Shown in pieces: positions 41,913 to 55,856 of a stretch of DNA of 64,000 nucleotides. The stretch is from assembly GCA_964016885.1 (NCBI GenBank), contig OZ024742.1, positions 303,428,001 through 303,492,000 on the forward strand, written 5' to 3'. Within the stretch, counting starts at the first letter, position 1, and each line of letters starts with the position of its first letter. The stretch comes from Eledone cirrhosa. Its lineage: Eukaryota. Under the pieces are notes generated by a model. That model saw only the letters and a program-made list of their open reading frames with translations. It ran no database searches and was not told the origin of the DNA. Made by a program: the position numbers and the translations under genes.

Positions 41913-42869
41913 TATATATATATATAGGTAGAGAGAACCCGTTTGAAGCATTTTTAAATCGAAAGCACAACTCAAGTTTCATCAATTTTAATAAGGATTT
42001 TTCCAAATTTCTTGTTAGTTCTTAGTTCTGCTTAATTTTAGTTTTGAAAAGCAGCGATGCTAAATGTGTGTGCATCTTCAGAATCAGTAATCATTACTGT
42101 AGGTGACATCAATATGAGCACCCAGTGTTGTTACTCGAACGCAGTGGGATCTCAATTTTTTTCCTCGCGTTATCTACACGTCGAGGAAACAGATTGATTC
42201 TAGAGTCAGGTCTATCATATTGATTATGAACTCGAGCCGATCATCTGTGAAACATATGTAAAGTTCGAGATCGAATAAAGAAAATCTGAAAGTAAAGCTT
42301 CGTTATCACACATATACACACACATGCACACACGCACACACCCACACCCACACATGCACATATATATATTGTATAAATGATTCCAGTTTAATCCGATGGA
42401 CTGGATGATTCGTTAAAGAATTAAATGAGATATATTGGGTTATATGGTCCAGTCTTTTGCATTCTTTGAAATGATTGTGTGACACAGTTTTTCGGATGTA
42501 TTTAATTCATTGCTTGGTTTCACACCACCAATTGACCAATGATAGCATTCTCACGGTGTCTTCTCTATCATAATTATTAGAGCCACGTCTCAGATTTAAG
42601 ATATCGTTTTCCCTATTTCCCTACAGCCAGTCTCCGAGATCTTGAAAAAATCTCATGGTATCTGTCCTTTCCTCTCTGATTAAACTCCAAAAAGAAAAAA
42701 GAAAAAAGAAAAAAAGAGCTTTGGCTGCATTCGATACACGAATACATGCATTAGTTTATATATTTCTTCGAAACTGCTATTAGAGATCCTCAAAAACGTG
42801 TAATTACGTCCCGGTGAATCATCAGCTTCGAACCAACACTTATACATATATATTATTTGATTCACCTTC

Positions 42870-43052
42870 GGTGAATTGGCAGTATCGGTAGAGGGTCGGA
42901 CGCCATGCTTTGACGCATAGAGTTACGGCGCTTGCCATTCTGAGTTCAAATCCCGCAGAGGTTAACTTTGCCTTTTATCCTTACTGGGTCGATAAAATAA
43001 AGTACCAGTAATACACTGGGAAATTGCTGGCCTTGTGCCAAAAGTAGAAACA
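42870..43052 (+). mobile_element. Family A SINE with an 18-bp TSD
   Basis: TSD ATTATTTGATTCACCTTC at 42852-42869 and 43053-43070. Confidence 0.92.
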
Positions 43053-43209
43053 ATTATTTGATTCACCTTCTATCCACTCATTGCATTGCAGTTATACTGG
43101 TATATGGCCATACAGGCATACTCAAACACACACACAGGCACTCTCACAAACGCCCACACAGGCATATATATGTTTGTGTGTCTGTGTGAGTAGATGAGTG
43201 AAGCTGTAT

Positions 43210-43480
43210 AACTTAATGGTGAAGGTGTTCACCGCAGGATCGTAAGTTCATGAGTTTGATTCTAGGTAGCGCGTGGTGTCCTTAAATAATACACTTTATT
43301 TCAGGTTGCTCTAATCAATTCATTTGGGAAAAATTAGTTGCATCTGTAGTTCGAAGGATCTCTCTTGCCCCAGATATCACTCTGAGAACTACGTTGATGC
43401 TACACATATCAACATAGAATGCTGTGTCACTTGCACGTTAATTTCTTCTGCAGGCTGGACGACAGAGGTTCAAGACACAC
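43210..43480 (+). mobile_element. Degenerate CORE-type SINE
   Basis: tRNA-like head, GTGTCCTTAAATAATACACTTTATTTCA, tail CTGAGAACTACGTT..CACTTGCACGTTAATTTC. Confidence 0.55.
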
Positions 43481-45809
43481 AGTTGTGTGAGTACGTCCGC
43501 TTGCATGCAGATAGGTGGGGGAGATTCACTTTGTCTCTTCGCTTATTTAGGCACATATTTTTTTAAAATTTTCTCGGCACATGCGCACGCACACACAGAT
43601 ATTCAAACGCGACTGGAATCCACAATTGATATTCCAATTCAATTGGGATCTAAGTCAGTGTGTATTCTACAGACACGCATACAGTTGAAGTAATTATCTG
43701 GCAGTATCAATATGACAATATGTGGATCTTTTAATTACACGTATAATCCATCTGGTTGGCTTGAAACATGTATCGGAACCTATATTAAAAGACGCTTGTA
43801 TGAAAATAAAATCAGGACTTCATTATTGCCAACAGACACATTTTAACATGAATACATATTTACAAAGACACACACAAACACAGTCACACACCTACATACG
43901 TACACACTCACACTCACCCCACATTGACGCCCACACACACAGACTGCTACTCATACTTTTTATTCTCACTCATCATAATCTTACTCTATAAATTACACAT
44001 AATTATAAAATGCAAAATACGCAAACAATTTCTCCGGCAATTTGTTTTTCCTTTTTATTGCTCCATGTTCTTTATTCTCCTTTAATTCTCATGTCCATCT
44101 CTCTCTATCTCAATTTCAGTCGCTCTTCCTCCCTGTCTATATCACCCACACTTTCAATCACTCTCTCACAATAATTATCTCCTGTCTCTCTCGCCATCTT
44201 TATAACTCTTGCTCTATCTATTAAAATTCCTCTATTTACATCTCAGCTGTTCCCTCTCATTTTTCCCACCTATCTCTCTCAATCTAGCTTTAAAATGAAA
44301 AGGACCTGGATATGATAGACGTATTAATAATGGGAAGAAATGAAGAGAAAAACGAAAGAATAAGGAGGGCTAAGAAAGAGTTGGGTTGGAAGACGCATAC
44401 GAAAAGATGAAGAACTACAATGGCAAAAAGAGGGGAGAAAACTGGGGTAGAATGAGAGACATAATTGTTCATATATTTCCTTTTGTACTCCACACACACT
44501 ACCTCAGTCAGAAAGTAAGATACACAGATCAACACAGACCAATACAGACATACTGCGTTCTCCTTCCTCAATAATTCCTGCCTGGCTACTTCACTGGAAT
44601 CTTGCAACACTGATCAAATCAAACTAACACCATATCCGAATTTCATAAAATACAATTTTAAATGAAACATCAAAGAAAGAAGCAAACAAAATGAAGCATA
44701 ACACATTCTGCATCTAATTTCTCGTGTTGTTTTAGTTTGATTATTTTGTGTTTTAGCAATCCCCCGATTTAAACACTTTTCCTTTCGTTTAAAAATTATT
44801 TTCACGTAAACATCTAAACGAAAAGAAAAAGAGAGAAAAAGAAACAGAACATGTTAAACTCTTTATTTTCTGCTTTTTTTAACGCGCCAAACAGTTAGGG
44901 GCTTGTTGTTAGAAAGAGATACCTTCAGAGATCACTTGGAGAGTTGAATGGATGGTTGGCTATATGCACTAAAATATTGCTGAATGTATATCCGCCATCT
45001 TTGTTTCATTACCATATGAGATAGGTCAATGAACATAAAAGAATACCTTTGAACATTCACACAGATATTCGTCCTATTTCAACGACAACAGTCAAGCATC
45101 AGAAATTTCTTCGTTATCTAACGTTGTTATTATTTTCTCTATTTTTCTGTATTTGTTAAAATTTTGATGACTTTTCTTCGATAAATAATTATACACATTA
45201 CACGTGTGTGAGTCCTCTCATCACACAAACATTAAAGTTTTGTTTTTTTCTTCTAATCTGTCATATTCCTTTTTTTAAGAAAATGAATCAATTTTTAAGC
45301 ATTTCCTTAGACTGTTTGGTTATTGAATGGAATGACATACGCAATTTCATTGCAACATCGAAGGCAAATGAGTTATGCTTGAGTAGGAGCAGAGTTTTCA
45401 GTTACGCAACAATTTGTTTCTGGTTTGGAATTTAATGAATTACTGATGGGTCCATCGTTATACTTGTGAGGCCACATATATGCAGTTCTATCTAAGGTGA
45501 AGCATGTGGGACAGATTTTTGTAATTATTGATATTGAAGGGGAAATCAAGTTTCGATACTGCTTAACAGCAAGGATCTGGAAGACAAGTTTAGAATGTAG
45601 AGGGGCGAAAAAATACCGGGCTGGAAATATATCAAAACCAAAAGTATGGAAGGCAAAGATGACATTTATACGATTTAAACCTAGAGAGAGGAGAATTTAA
45701 AAAAATCTATCATCATTTGCGCCTAAACAGAAATTATTTCAGTCGTGGTTCCCAAAAGCTATTGAGGCCCATAGCCATTAAACGAAAATTCGTTGCCTTT
45801 GCCGTCAAA

Positions 45810-46600
45810 TGATGTAAGCGTTAACTACCTCTGCCTGACCTTTGAGAGATAGCTACTTCTTGGTCTATTTCTGGCTGTGAATTACCTCACGACTCATCAC
45901 TTCATCCAAGAACTTGTCCACTTGAAGATCTGAACACCGAGCAATTTAACCGGGTCAATATTGAAAGGGCAAGCCTACATCACCAAATGTCGAACTGTAG
46001 AATCATTAAGTTTTCTTTGTTAATGTTCAGTCCTGTCAGTATCACATACACCGTTAGATCGATATAGATAATCTCGTTGGGATTGGTGCCGGAAAAATAT
46101 TACGTTGAAGTCGTTCCAGTTAACCTGGACCCTGGATGAAATTCCCCTGGAAAAGTGTAGCTATTTGATGTCCTTTAATCCTCTGAGTCTCGCCAAGAAC
46201 GTCGTCTTTCAGCGCCCGACGACGTTGTTTTCGTCCTTTTTTATACTTTTGGTTTTCCCTCTCATCTTCACTTCGAGATGAGGAGATCCCGTTGTCTGTG
46301 GCATCTGTTTCGAATTTTAAATTGAGTGCTTTTTTCTGTGTGGCTATTTGTGCGTTGGTGTTTGGAGGAGACGGAGAGAGAGAGAGCTTTTATGACGGAC
46401 TGAGGGGTGGTTTGGTAGACACTGTCGCTGGTGTTGTTGTTGATGTCGCAGTAGTTCTTATTCGCTGCTATTCTTGTTGCAGTTGAGATTCCGTTGTCGT
46501 CAGCAAGGGGACCCCGTGGTTCTCTGTCTTGTGTTGAAAAAATAACATCGGGGGCGTCTACCCTCAACGATGACCCATAGCTCTACGCCATCCTAGATGC
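45810..46600 (-). mobile_element. Old, internally deleted Tx1-family LINE remnant
   Basis: Minus-strand CCGGTTAAATTGCT..GGATGAAGTGATGAGTCG..CCAGAAAT..GCTATCTCTCAAAGGTCAGGCAGAGGT aligns to 1473-1611. 46590-46548 encodes DGVELWVIVEGRRP, like ORF1 near 11750-11795. Confidence 0.65.
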
Positions 46601-48017
46601 GAAGTAGGTCTGGCATCATTTCAATTTTCTCTGGTTTGTGCAGCGAGATTTTCCCAATCAGTTTTGTCCTTGCCATGTGTTGAATGTCCGGCATTACGCT
46701 ATTCAGAGCTGCCTCAACCTAAAATGATGTGGCCAGTTCCGGCTTTTTTTTTTATTAATGCCGCCAATATAACAGGTTTTTTTCTGTCGCTACCCCCCAA
46801 ATTCCAGTAGAACCCTGTATAGAGACATACAAAAGATAATACTATCGGTAATTGCCCATATACTAATGCAAATTCTGTCGATATAAATTAATCTCACAAT
46901 TGGAAACAACTAAAGATATGTTTTTCTCCATTTTCGAACATAGCGGAACTTATTGGCTCTTAAGACTTGGTAATAACTCGTATGAACAAAAGCAAAATCA
47001 AAACGTAGTAGAAGCAGCAACAGCAGCAACAACAGCAGCATCAACAGCAGCAGTAGTAGTAGTGCTAATAGTAATAATAATAACATAATAAGGAATTTCA
47101 ATTCAAATAACAAATAGGCAAATCGATTTCTAGTCGTAATTAGTGCGTTAGGACATAAATTGAGCTTTTGTTATTTTTCGCTTGTTCTAGAGAAATTTCT
47201 GTTATTTATTTATATTTATTAAACTTTCAAAATTAATATCATAATGCAAATGATTCTGCTAAATGAAATAAAAAAGTAGGATATTTCATTTGGATGGAAT
47301 ATATTAACAAAAGTTGCAAAAATAATAAGATATAAGAATTCCCCCTTTATATTTTAGGCTGCATAGTTTTCGTCTGTTTGCATTTAGTTTGATGTTTGTT
47401 TGTTTCCTGTATTTAATTATTCCTTAACTCACGTTGTGAATACATACTGATGTTAAATTTAGCTCGGAAATTAAAGGAAAAACAATCAAACAAAGAATAT
47501 AAATTAAAGCATGTGCTGATTAAAATGCTAAAAAAAAATTACGTTATTAGTAAAAACAGACCAAAACCGTTCCTTCTAAATATTATTTAAAGTATGCATA
47601 TTTTTATTTGTTGTTATTACCTTAATTTACGTCATATAGGTTACATATTTCATGATTAAAATCGATTGATCTAGGATAGGAGAAGTAATCGAAATAGTAA
47701 AGTAAAAATATATAGAAATATGAATCAACTGAAAAAACATCACGTGATACTCATTTGGAAATGTTTGGGTTATAAATTTCATTTTATATATAATTGCTTG
47801 TCTTGTAGGTTTGTGTACTAAAGTACACCCGGCTAGACATGGCTGCGTAGTTAAAGAGTTCACTTCCTAAGCGTGTGATCCTGGGTTCAATCAGGCTACT
47901 GAACACATTGCTCAAGTATCTTTTATCATTTTAATTAATTCCTTGATTATGACTGGAATTTGGCAGACGGTGACACTAGTAGCGCTTCAAATATATATAT
48001 ATATATATTTGAAACGC

Positions 48018-48063
<46 letters not shown>

Positions 48064-48454
48064 GTATGTATAGTATATTTGGTAATATACCGTATGTTTA
48101 ATTTAGAAGTCTATTCGCTATCAGTTTTAATGTAGTGACTATGTCACTTACAAATTTTCGGCGAAAGAAGGGAGAGTGGCTGAGAGTTTGTTTCTCGCTG
48201 TTTGGCGTTTATCAAAACCATGCACCCCCTGCTTCCGCCTAAAATTATAGAAGCCGAATTCTTATAGAATTCCAGTAATAACCAGGAGCTGATTATATAG
48301 AGCGATTTCCGGTCCAGCAAAAATTAGGTATTAGTATTGGTGCTCTGAAATATCGATGTATATATGAATGCATGTTTTTAATTAAACATACTGTATATTG
48401 GCAAATATACTACACATACATTCATGTATGCACCGCTATTTCAGAGCACCAATA

Positions 48455-48529
<75 letters not shown>

Positions 48530-48872
48530 AAATAGTAAGTAAGCAAACGCCATGTTTATCAAAATGTTAACGTCTTTTCGCTATATGCACCAGTTTAAAA
48601 TGATGACCATATCTATCAAACTTTCGCTTTTATTGAAGGATCTCCTAGTCAGTGATATGTAAATAATTTTTCGAATTAATATGTCTATTTCTTTATTTTA
48701 GGCTCTGATGAGTGCGCTGAATATTGTATTGTTTGTCAATGTATGTTTATCGAATTTATGATTGATAATCACTTACTCAGCGTGCAAATAAATTTTTCGC
48801 CTTCCGAAACATGTTGTCGTAAATATATATATATTCAAATTTTTTTTTGTTTTCTCAAACATGTTATACATG

Positions 48873-48917
<45 letters not shown>

Positions 48918-48973
48918 AATACTGGAATTGAACTTTCAAGACTGTTGAGGTATGTCCTACATCAATTCATGTA

Positions 48974-49035
48974 TTTTATCTAACGAGGACGTACTGAAAA
49001 AATAGCACAGTAACTTCGAAATATATATAATAAAA
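48974..49035 (+). ncRNA. Type I hammerhead with one core mutation (CTAACGA)
   Basis: TTTTAT-CTAACGA-GGACGTACTG..CAGTAACTTC-GAAA-TATATATA-ATAAAA. Same stem I/III design as 7802-7857. Confidence 0.65.
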
Positions 49036-49176
49036 CATATATTTTGATTTTGTGAATGTCTTCATTTATTATTATTCTGAACAATAATAACTCCAGAAAA
49101 CTTTTTTGTAGAGTGCTTTTAATCTATTGTAAAACTATATTAATTGAGTAATCAATGAACCATATTAATCTTTGGT

Positions 49177-49207
<31 letters not shown>

Positions 49208-50265
49208 ATAATAACAAATTTGAAGACAAAAATCCAAAGAGGGCTCGATAAGGATAAATATATATCAAATATATAAGAACCGTAGAGCAAATATTTATTA
49301 AAATAATAGATTAAAGTTTAAGCAAAGAATCGCTGCTTTCACCCTTAACGGGATCTTCTGGAACTAACAAAGTCAATCTGTGAACACAGAAGTGAATATT
49401 TCAAAAAATGTTGCAACCGGAGGAAGATAGGAAGACGATACTTTGGTTCGTGGAAACGTTCCCTGGCAAAGAACGGGAAAAAACGAATATAGTACGTCAT
49501 TATTTGATGCGGTGAAAAACAATTACACGCAAAGACAAAACCACGTTTATGGTATAAAAGAAGTCGTAGACTAATATTCTATTAGGTGGTTCATAGAGAC
49601 GTTCTCTGGCATTGAACGGTAAAAACGAAGATAATACGTCATATGTGGAGCGTGGAGAATAATTGCACGCAAAGACAAAACCACCTAAATGGTATAAATT
49701 CTAACCAGGAAACCGAATGATTCTCAACTTCAGAGTTAAGAATAAAGTAAATAAAATGCAGAGGTAATTGAAATTAAATAAATACATACAAGCATCCATA
49801 TACGTACATACAAAAGCATACGCGAAAACACTCGCCATAGGTATACAAATACACGCACATATATTTATGTGTGTGAGTGTGCGTGTATACAAATAATTAA
49901 ATAAACGTATATAATTAAATAAATACAACAAGCACACACACATACCTACATGTAAATACACATATGTTCGGAGACTACGTCAACCAAAACACGAGGTACA
50001 CATATACACACACCCTACATACCTACGAACCCGCACACTCACACAGACGCAAAACTCACGTATACACATAACCAAAAGCATATGTACCAGAATATATAAA
50101 ATATACGCCATAACATATACAATCAAATATACGTACGAGAAAGTATACGTACCTTCACAAAACATACAGGTAATATATACTTACCTATACAAATAAGTAA
50201 TGGTATAAACATAACATATACTTAGCTACCACATCAAGAGGTAAAATATCAGCGTATAGATTGTA

Positions 50266-52390
50266 CTATCCGTTAGGGTATAATGTGGGGCTGTAATACA
50301 GGAAGGTTTTGTGCAATTTATGTTTACAATCCGAAATTGCCTCATATTTTTTGTTTAACATGTGGTCTGTGGCATAGAGTATGTCCAGGGCCTCAGCGGC
50401 GCAGAGGTCACATGGTCTTTTATTTCCGTTATACGATCTAGCTCTAGCTAGGATCTGCCAGTGTAACATATATTGGGTGTGTTGTCTTTTAGACTCCAGA
50501 TATAAGCTGAAAGTGACGTCATATTCCTTCTTAGAAGGTAACGAAAAGAATGGGTATGCGTGTAAAGACGCGGCTTGAATCTATTGGCGGTTAACACTAT
50601 GTAGGCCCTACGGGACGTGGGTGTTTCAACCTTACATTTGTAGACAATGTTACTAGAGAGGCATTTCCCGGATAGGGGGCAGTCAACCCTATTCCTACAA
50701 TTACAGTTAGTACTAACTACAGGGTTGCACGTGTTCCTACGGCTAAGCAGTTTAGCTAAATTTGAAGCTGTGATGTTATGTGCAAGGTTAGGAGTCGTAG
50801 AGTAAGACATTTTAATAGTATTTCTATTAAAAATGTTACTATATTTATGTGTAGGGGGAAATGCTTCGTAATATAGGAGAGAAAGATCTTAGCTAATCGT
50901 GTGGCCACCTCCATATTATATGGTGGGTTATACCATATAATGCGTCGGGATCTATTTCTTCTAGATCTATTCTCGTACTCTGTATATGCAACCTTATCGA
51001 AAAATCCACTCTGAGCAAGAGCTTCATTGTAATATGTGGTATGGTCGTTGAAAATATGCTCGTTAGTAGATAGACGGGAAAGCCTCAAAGAAACTTTTCT
51101 TACCAGGTTGTTGGTTATGCTGGCAGGATGGTTAGAATGCTTACTTATGTAATTAAGCGTATCATTCAGCTTTCTATACGGGTAATACAAGCCATTCGAT
51201 AAATTGATGGTAACGTCGGTGTAATTAATGACCGAAAGGTTGGCCTCAACCTGTATGGAGAGGGTGAAGCCTTTAAAGAAGACTGTGAGTACTTTTCTGA
51301 ACCTGTCGCAAGCACGTGGGCCGCACTTAGTCATGGTCAAAAGACCATCATCACGGTACAAACCACCGCCCGCGTTGGGGAATTCGTCCTTGATAGAGAA
51401 AAGAAGGAAAAAGCCGATAAGATCAGTAACCTCCGCAGAATCGCTGGCGCCCATACTCACGTCGAATGGGGGTACTATTATATTTTTTAATCCTAATAGA
51501 GTCGTCGAAATTAATCACCGACTTACGGGCATTGAGGATGACATCAACTTCGAAATCCTTAACCACCCTGAGTGTTTTAGCGAAATTGATAGCTCTAAGG
51601 AGAAATGGTAAAGTGATGGAGGAGTAGTAATTATTGATGACGAATTGGATAAAACGGCAATGTTCCTTGTTGCATATGCCGTTGAACCAATCAATCACCG
51701 CGAAAGAATGGTTCCACAGTGCAAGAGGGGCCAAACTTCTAATTTCAGTTATAATTCTCTCAAGAATCATTTTACTAAGTCTACCTAAATCGGACTTCGT
51801 AGGGTTAATAAGCCGAATAGAGGGGTTGTTCGGAAAATTGGATTTGTGATCCTTCAGGGTAAAGTGGGGAGAAATAGGGTCCAGTGGTTCGGTCCGGTCC
51901 AGGATGTTGAGATCAGAGGTGATTTTAAACCCAGCATCGTTGATTTCATTAATGACGCACCGATTAATTTTACGGTAATCCTTAGTTACATTATGTAGTA
52001 GTTGATGGTAAGTACTGCGCTTCACTTGATATAGGTTGTCAGTTTTGTCGGAATGGACGTGCACGGCATTAGAATCCTTAATAAAACGAATTCTATTCTT
52101 CAGGTCCTGCTGGAAGGGATTGCTCCTATTCCAAAATTTGATACTCCGTATGAGTTCCAAGACATCATTTTCGAAGGGTAGCAATGCTGGGTTACACGGA
52201 GGATTATTATAGGTTTTAAACCCAAATTTATCCTGTTTGTGTTCTGCTTTTCCCTAATTATCGAAATAAAAGGCACGCCAACGCAACCTTTTAATGAACG
52301 CGTCTGTTTTCTGTATCAGGAGCTTTAGGTATGTTTTTCTGCTTGATACGGGTATATTCTTTGTAGAAATATTCAGATGTTGTTTCTGAA
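50266..52390 (-). pseudogene. PLE polyprotein (N-terminal domain, RT, GIY-YIG endonuclease), one stop and about 3 frameshifts
   Basis: LNISTKNIPV..FIKRLRWRAF; LKDHKSNF..RLINPTKSDLG; MGASDSAEV..GLYRDDGL; CNCRNRVDCPL (CxCx5C), NIVY..AYIV (GIY-YIG), CDLC..CKH. Confidence 0.9.
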
Positions 52391-52740
52391 TGATGAATAT
52401 AAGTCAATAGAGTGATCAACCGAGGGAGCCAAATAGTAATAATAATTAATTTGAAGACAAAAATCCAGAGAGGGCTCGATAAGGATAAATATATATCAAA
52501 TATATAAGAACCGTAGAGCAAATATTTATTAAAATAACTGATTAAAGTTTAAGCAAAGAATTGCTGCTTAACCCTTAACGGGATCTTCTGAAACTAACAA
52601 AGTCAATCTGTCAACGCAGAAGTGAATATTTCAAAAAACGGTGCAACAGGAGGAACACAGGAAGACGATACATTGGTTCATGGGAACGTTCCCTGGCAAA
52701 GAACGGGGAAAAACGAATATAATACGTCATTATTTGTAGC

Positions 52741-52835
52741 GAGGTTAACTTTGCCTTTCACCCTTCCGGGGTCGATAGAATAAAGTACCAGTAATGCATT
52801 GGGTAATTGCTGGCCTTGTGCCAAAAGTAGAAACA
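52741..52835 (+). mobile_element. 5'-truncated family A SINE inside the upstream pLTR
   Basis: Absent from the matching position of the other pLTR (~49500). Flanked by ATTATTTG(T/G)AGCG. Confidence 0.85.
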
Positions 52836-53148
52836 ATTATTTGGAGCGATGAAAAACAATTACACGCAAAGACAAAACCACGTAAATGGTATAACTGAAG
52901 TCGTAGACTAAAATTCTAACTAGGAAACCGAATGATTCTCGGCTTCAGATTTAAGAATAAAGTAAATAAAATACAGAGGTAATTGTGTAATTGTTTTTCA
53001 CCGCTCCAAATAACGACGTATTATATTATCGTCTTCTTGTCTTCCTCCGGTTGCAAAGATTTTTGAAATATTCACTTCTGCGTTCACAGAATGACATTGT
53101 TATTTAAGGGTGAAAGCAGCGATTCTTTGCTTAAACTTTAATCTGTTA

Positions 53149-53198
<50 letters not shown>

Positions 53199-54110
53199 AT
53201 AATTTTGAGTATGTTCTGGTGGCTTTCCCACACCTCTGTATGTAGGTTGCAGCACTCAACCAAGTGCGCAGTTTGGTCTGTTTACTCCGGAGCAATGTAA
53301 AAACAAGAAGTGTAACACAACAAGGTAAGTCTTCCTCAAACTTGACCCCTTCCGCACGCAAGAGTCAATACTAACTACTGCAAGTAAATAGGAGACACCT
53401 ACTATGTCTCTCACCACCCCATGAGGGGACCTTTCAGTCTGTGTCCATATATGGGTATCCACATATATGCGTTTATGTAATTGTGTGTGTTTGAATGTGT
53501 GGATGTAGATTTGTGAATGCACTTAGGGTTGTTTTTATACGTGTGCACACGCAAAGGTGTATGTCGATGGACGTTTGCGGGCGTGTACTAAATGTTTAAA
53601 ATACAGATTATGATTCTTTACACTTCTAGATTTTAACACATATTTGTTTTAACACACACATTTTCAAGTATCTCTCACTATTAGACCTAGTGGTAGAGAG
53701 AAGCACTAACTCTATCAGTTTACATACATAGATTATTCCTTGACAACACAACAGGAGATTGAAGTTGACCGGCTAACTGACCTGCTAAAACCACTACCAC
53801 TACCACTACCATTACAGTGAAGTAGGTCAACCAGACCAGAACATATATGCAGTTAAAAGCAATACTAACAGGCTGACCTGTTTCTAGGAGAAATGACTGA
53901 AGAATTTCAATAGACCCTCCGCTGGGGGTATGATATCTGAACAATGATGTGAGGGTATGTCCTTTGGACGCTGAAATTCCTTCATTCTAAACCATATGCT
54001 TTCAGTTCCTTAGAGGACTAACAACACACCCTGGAGCTGGGCATATCAATGATTTAACAAGGTAAGGTCTATTACACCATGTTTCCTGCTTTTTTAGTTC
54101 AAGTTCTTAC

Positions 54111-54165
54111 TGCCTGATGAGATCATAGCTGTTGAATAATGGCTATCACTGAAATATATATAGCA
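54111..54165 (+). ncRNA. Type I hammerhead ribozyme, relative of 41457-41511
   Basis: TGC-CTGATGA-GATCATAGCT gttgaataat GGCTATCACT-GAAA-TATATATA-GCA. Stem II ACAGCC/GGCTGT has become ATAGCT/GGCTAT, which retains pairing. Confidence 0.78.
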
Positions 54166-54215
54166 CCGAATATGAAGAAACGAAGCTAATGTTACCCTGT
54201 TGACGTACACTTCTT

Positions 54216-54253
<38 letters not shown>

Positions 54254-55058
54254 TGTATCGATTGTCTTGTTATTTCTTTTTACCTTTTACTTATGTTAAA
54301 AACAAAAACAAAGACGATAACGAAGAGTGCACTACAAACAGTGTTGGTATTAGGTTCACGCCCGAGAGTGCGGGGTGGGGCACGACGTTTGATCACACGA
54401 GAAAGAGTGTGATCCATCGAACTCCTTCGTTGAGTTGTTCACTTTATTTAATCTTACTCTCTTCTTTTCTAACTTGTAACTCTCTTAACCGTATATTTTA
54501 TTTATCTTGATACTACTACACAGTTCAGACGTGACTATTGATACAAACCCACTTTCTCTCCGTGCCTCGTATAATCTGTGTGTCATTTTCGTCTCCATGG
54601 AAATAACTAACTATCTTCGTGATGCATATGTCGAATATTTATTTCTAAATGTCGAATATTTATTTCTATACGTAATTTGTCCGCACGGTGTAAATTCTAG
54701 AAGGTTCTACTGTCTAACTATCTTATTAGGGACTGTGACCCCGAATGATAAGATATAATTTCGAGCATCGATGTAAAGCAGCTAGCCGGCCTTTTTACAG
54801 AAAAGCATATGATACAACATGTGAGCATGTCAAAATTTGTCTTATCATAAGAAGATAACTACATTTGAAACGAGTATATTGATAATGAAGCATGCAGTGT
54901 GGTTCATGATATATATATATATATACACATATATATATATACATTTTACAGTCTCCTCAACAAGGAAGATGATAAAACTTACCTCAACAGTTCAATTTTT
55001 AAATCTTTAATTTTTAGTTTTTAATCGTTATCAATTCTTTTTAATTGTAATACTCAAC

Positions 55059-55100
55059 ATTTGATAAGATGAATTTTACTAGTACACCGAAACCGGTAAT
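55059..55100 (+). ncRNA. Decayed hammerhead-like motif
   Basis: AT-TTGATAA-GATG..CACC-GAAACCGGTA-AT. Two core mutations. Confidence 0.4.
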
Positions 55101-55344
55101 AAATATCTTTTTTAAAAGAATTGTCCCTCTCATTTTTTCAATAATGCCATTTTGACGAAATAAAGAAAGGAAAAAACAAAACAAAAAACAGATTCATGAA
55201 TATATTTTCAGTGCTATTTCCAATTACACCTTCTCTCTATAACCACTGTTTTGTATAGAAACTTACTTCCTTTTTCACAAACATGCACACACACAGACAC
55301 ACATTTATATATATATATATTTATATGTATGTATGTATGTATAT

Positions 55345-55856
<512 letters not shown>

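Larger units (their letters stand above)
49203..53155 (-). mobile_element. Near-complete Penelope-like element (Naiad-type): direct pLTRs 49203-49770 and 52434-52985, inverted partial pLTR 52985-53155
   Basis: RT plus GIY-YIG ORF lies between two long direct repeats with a 5' inverted partial repeat. (TA)n on both sides. Confidence 0.92.
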
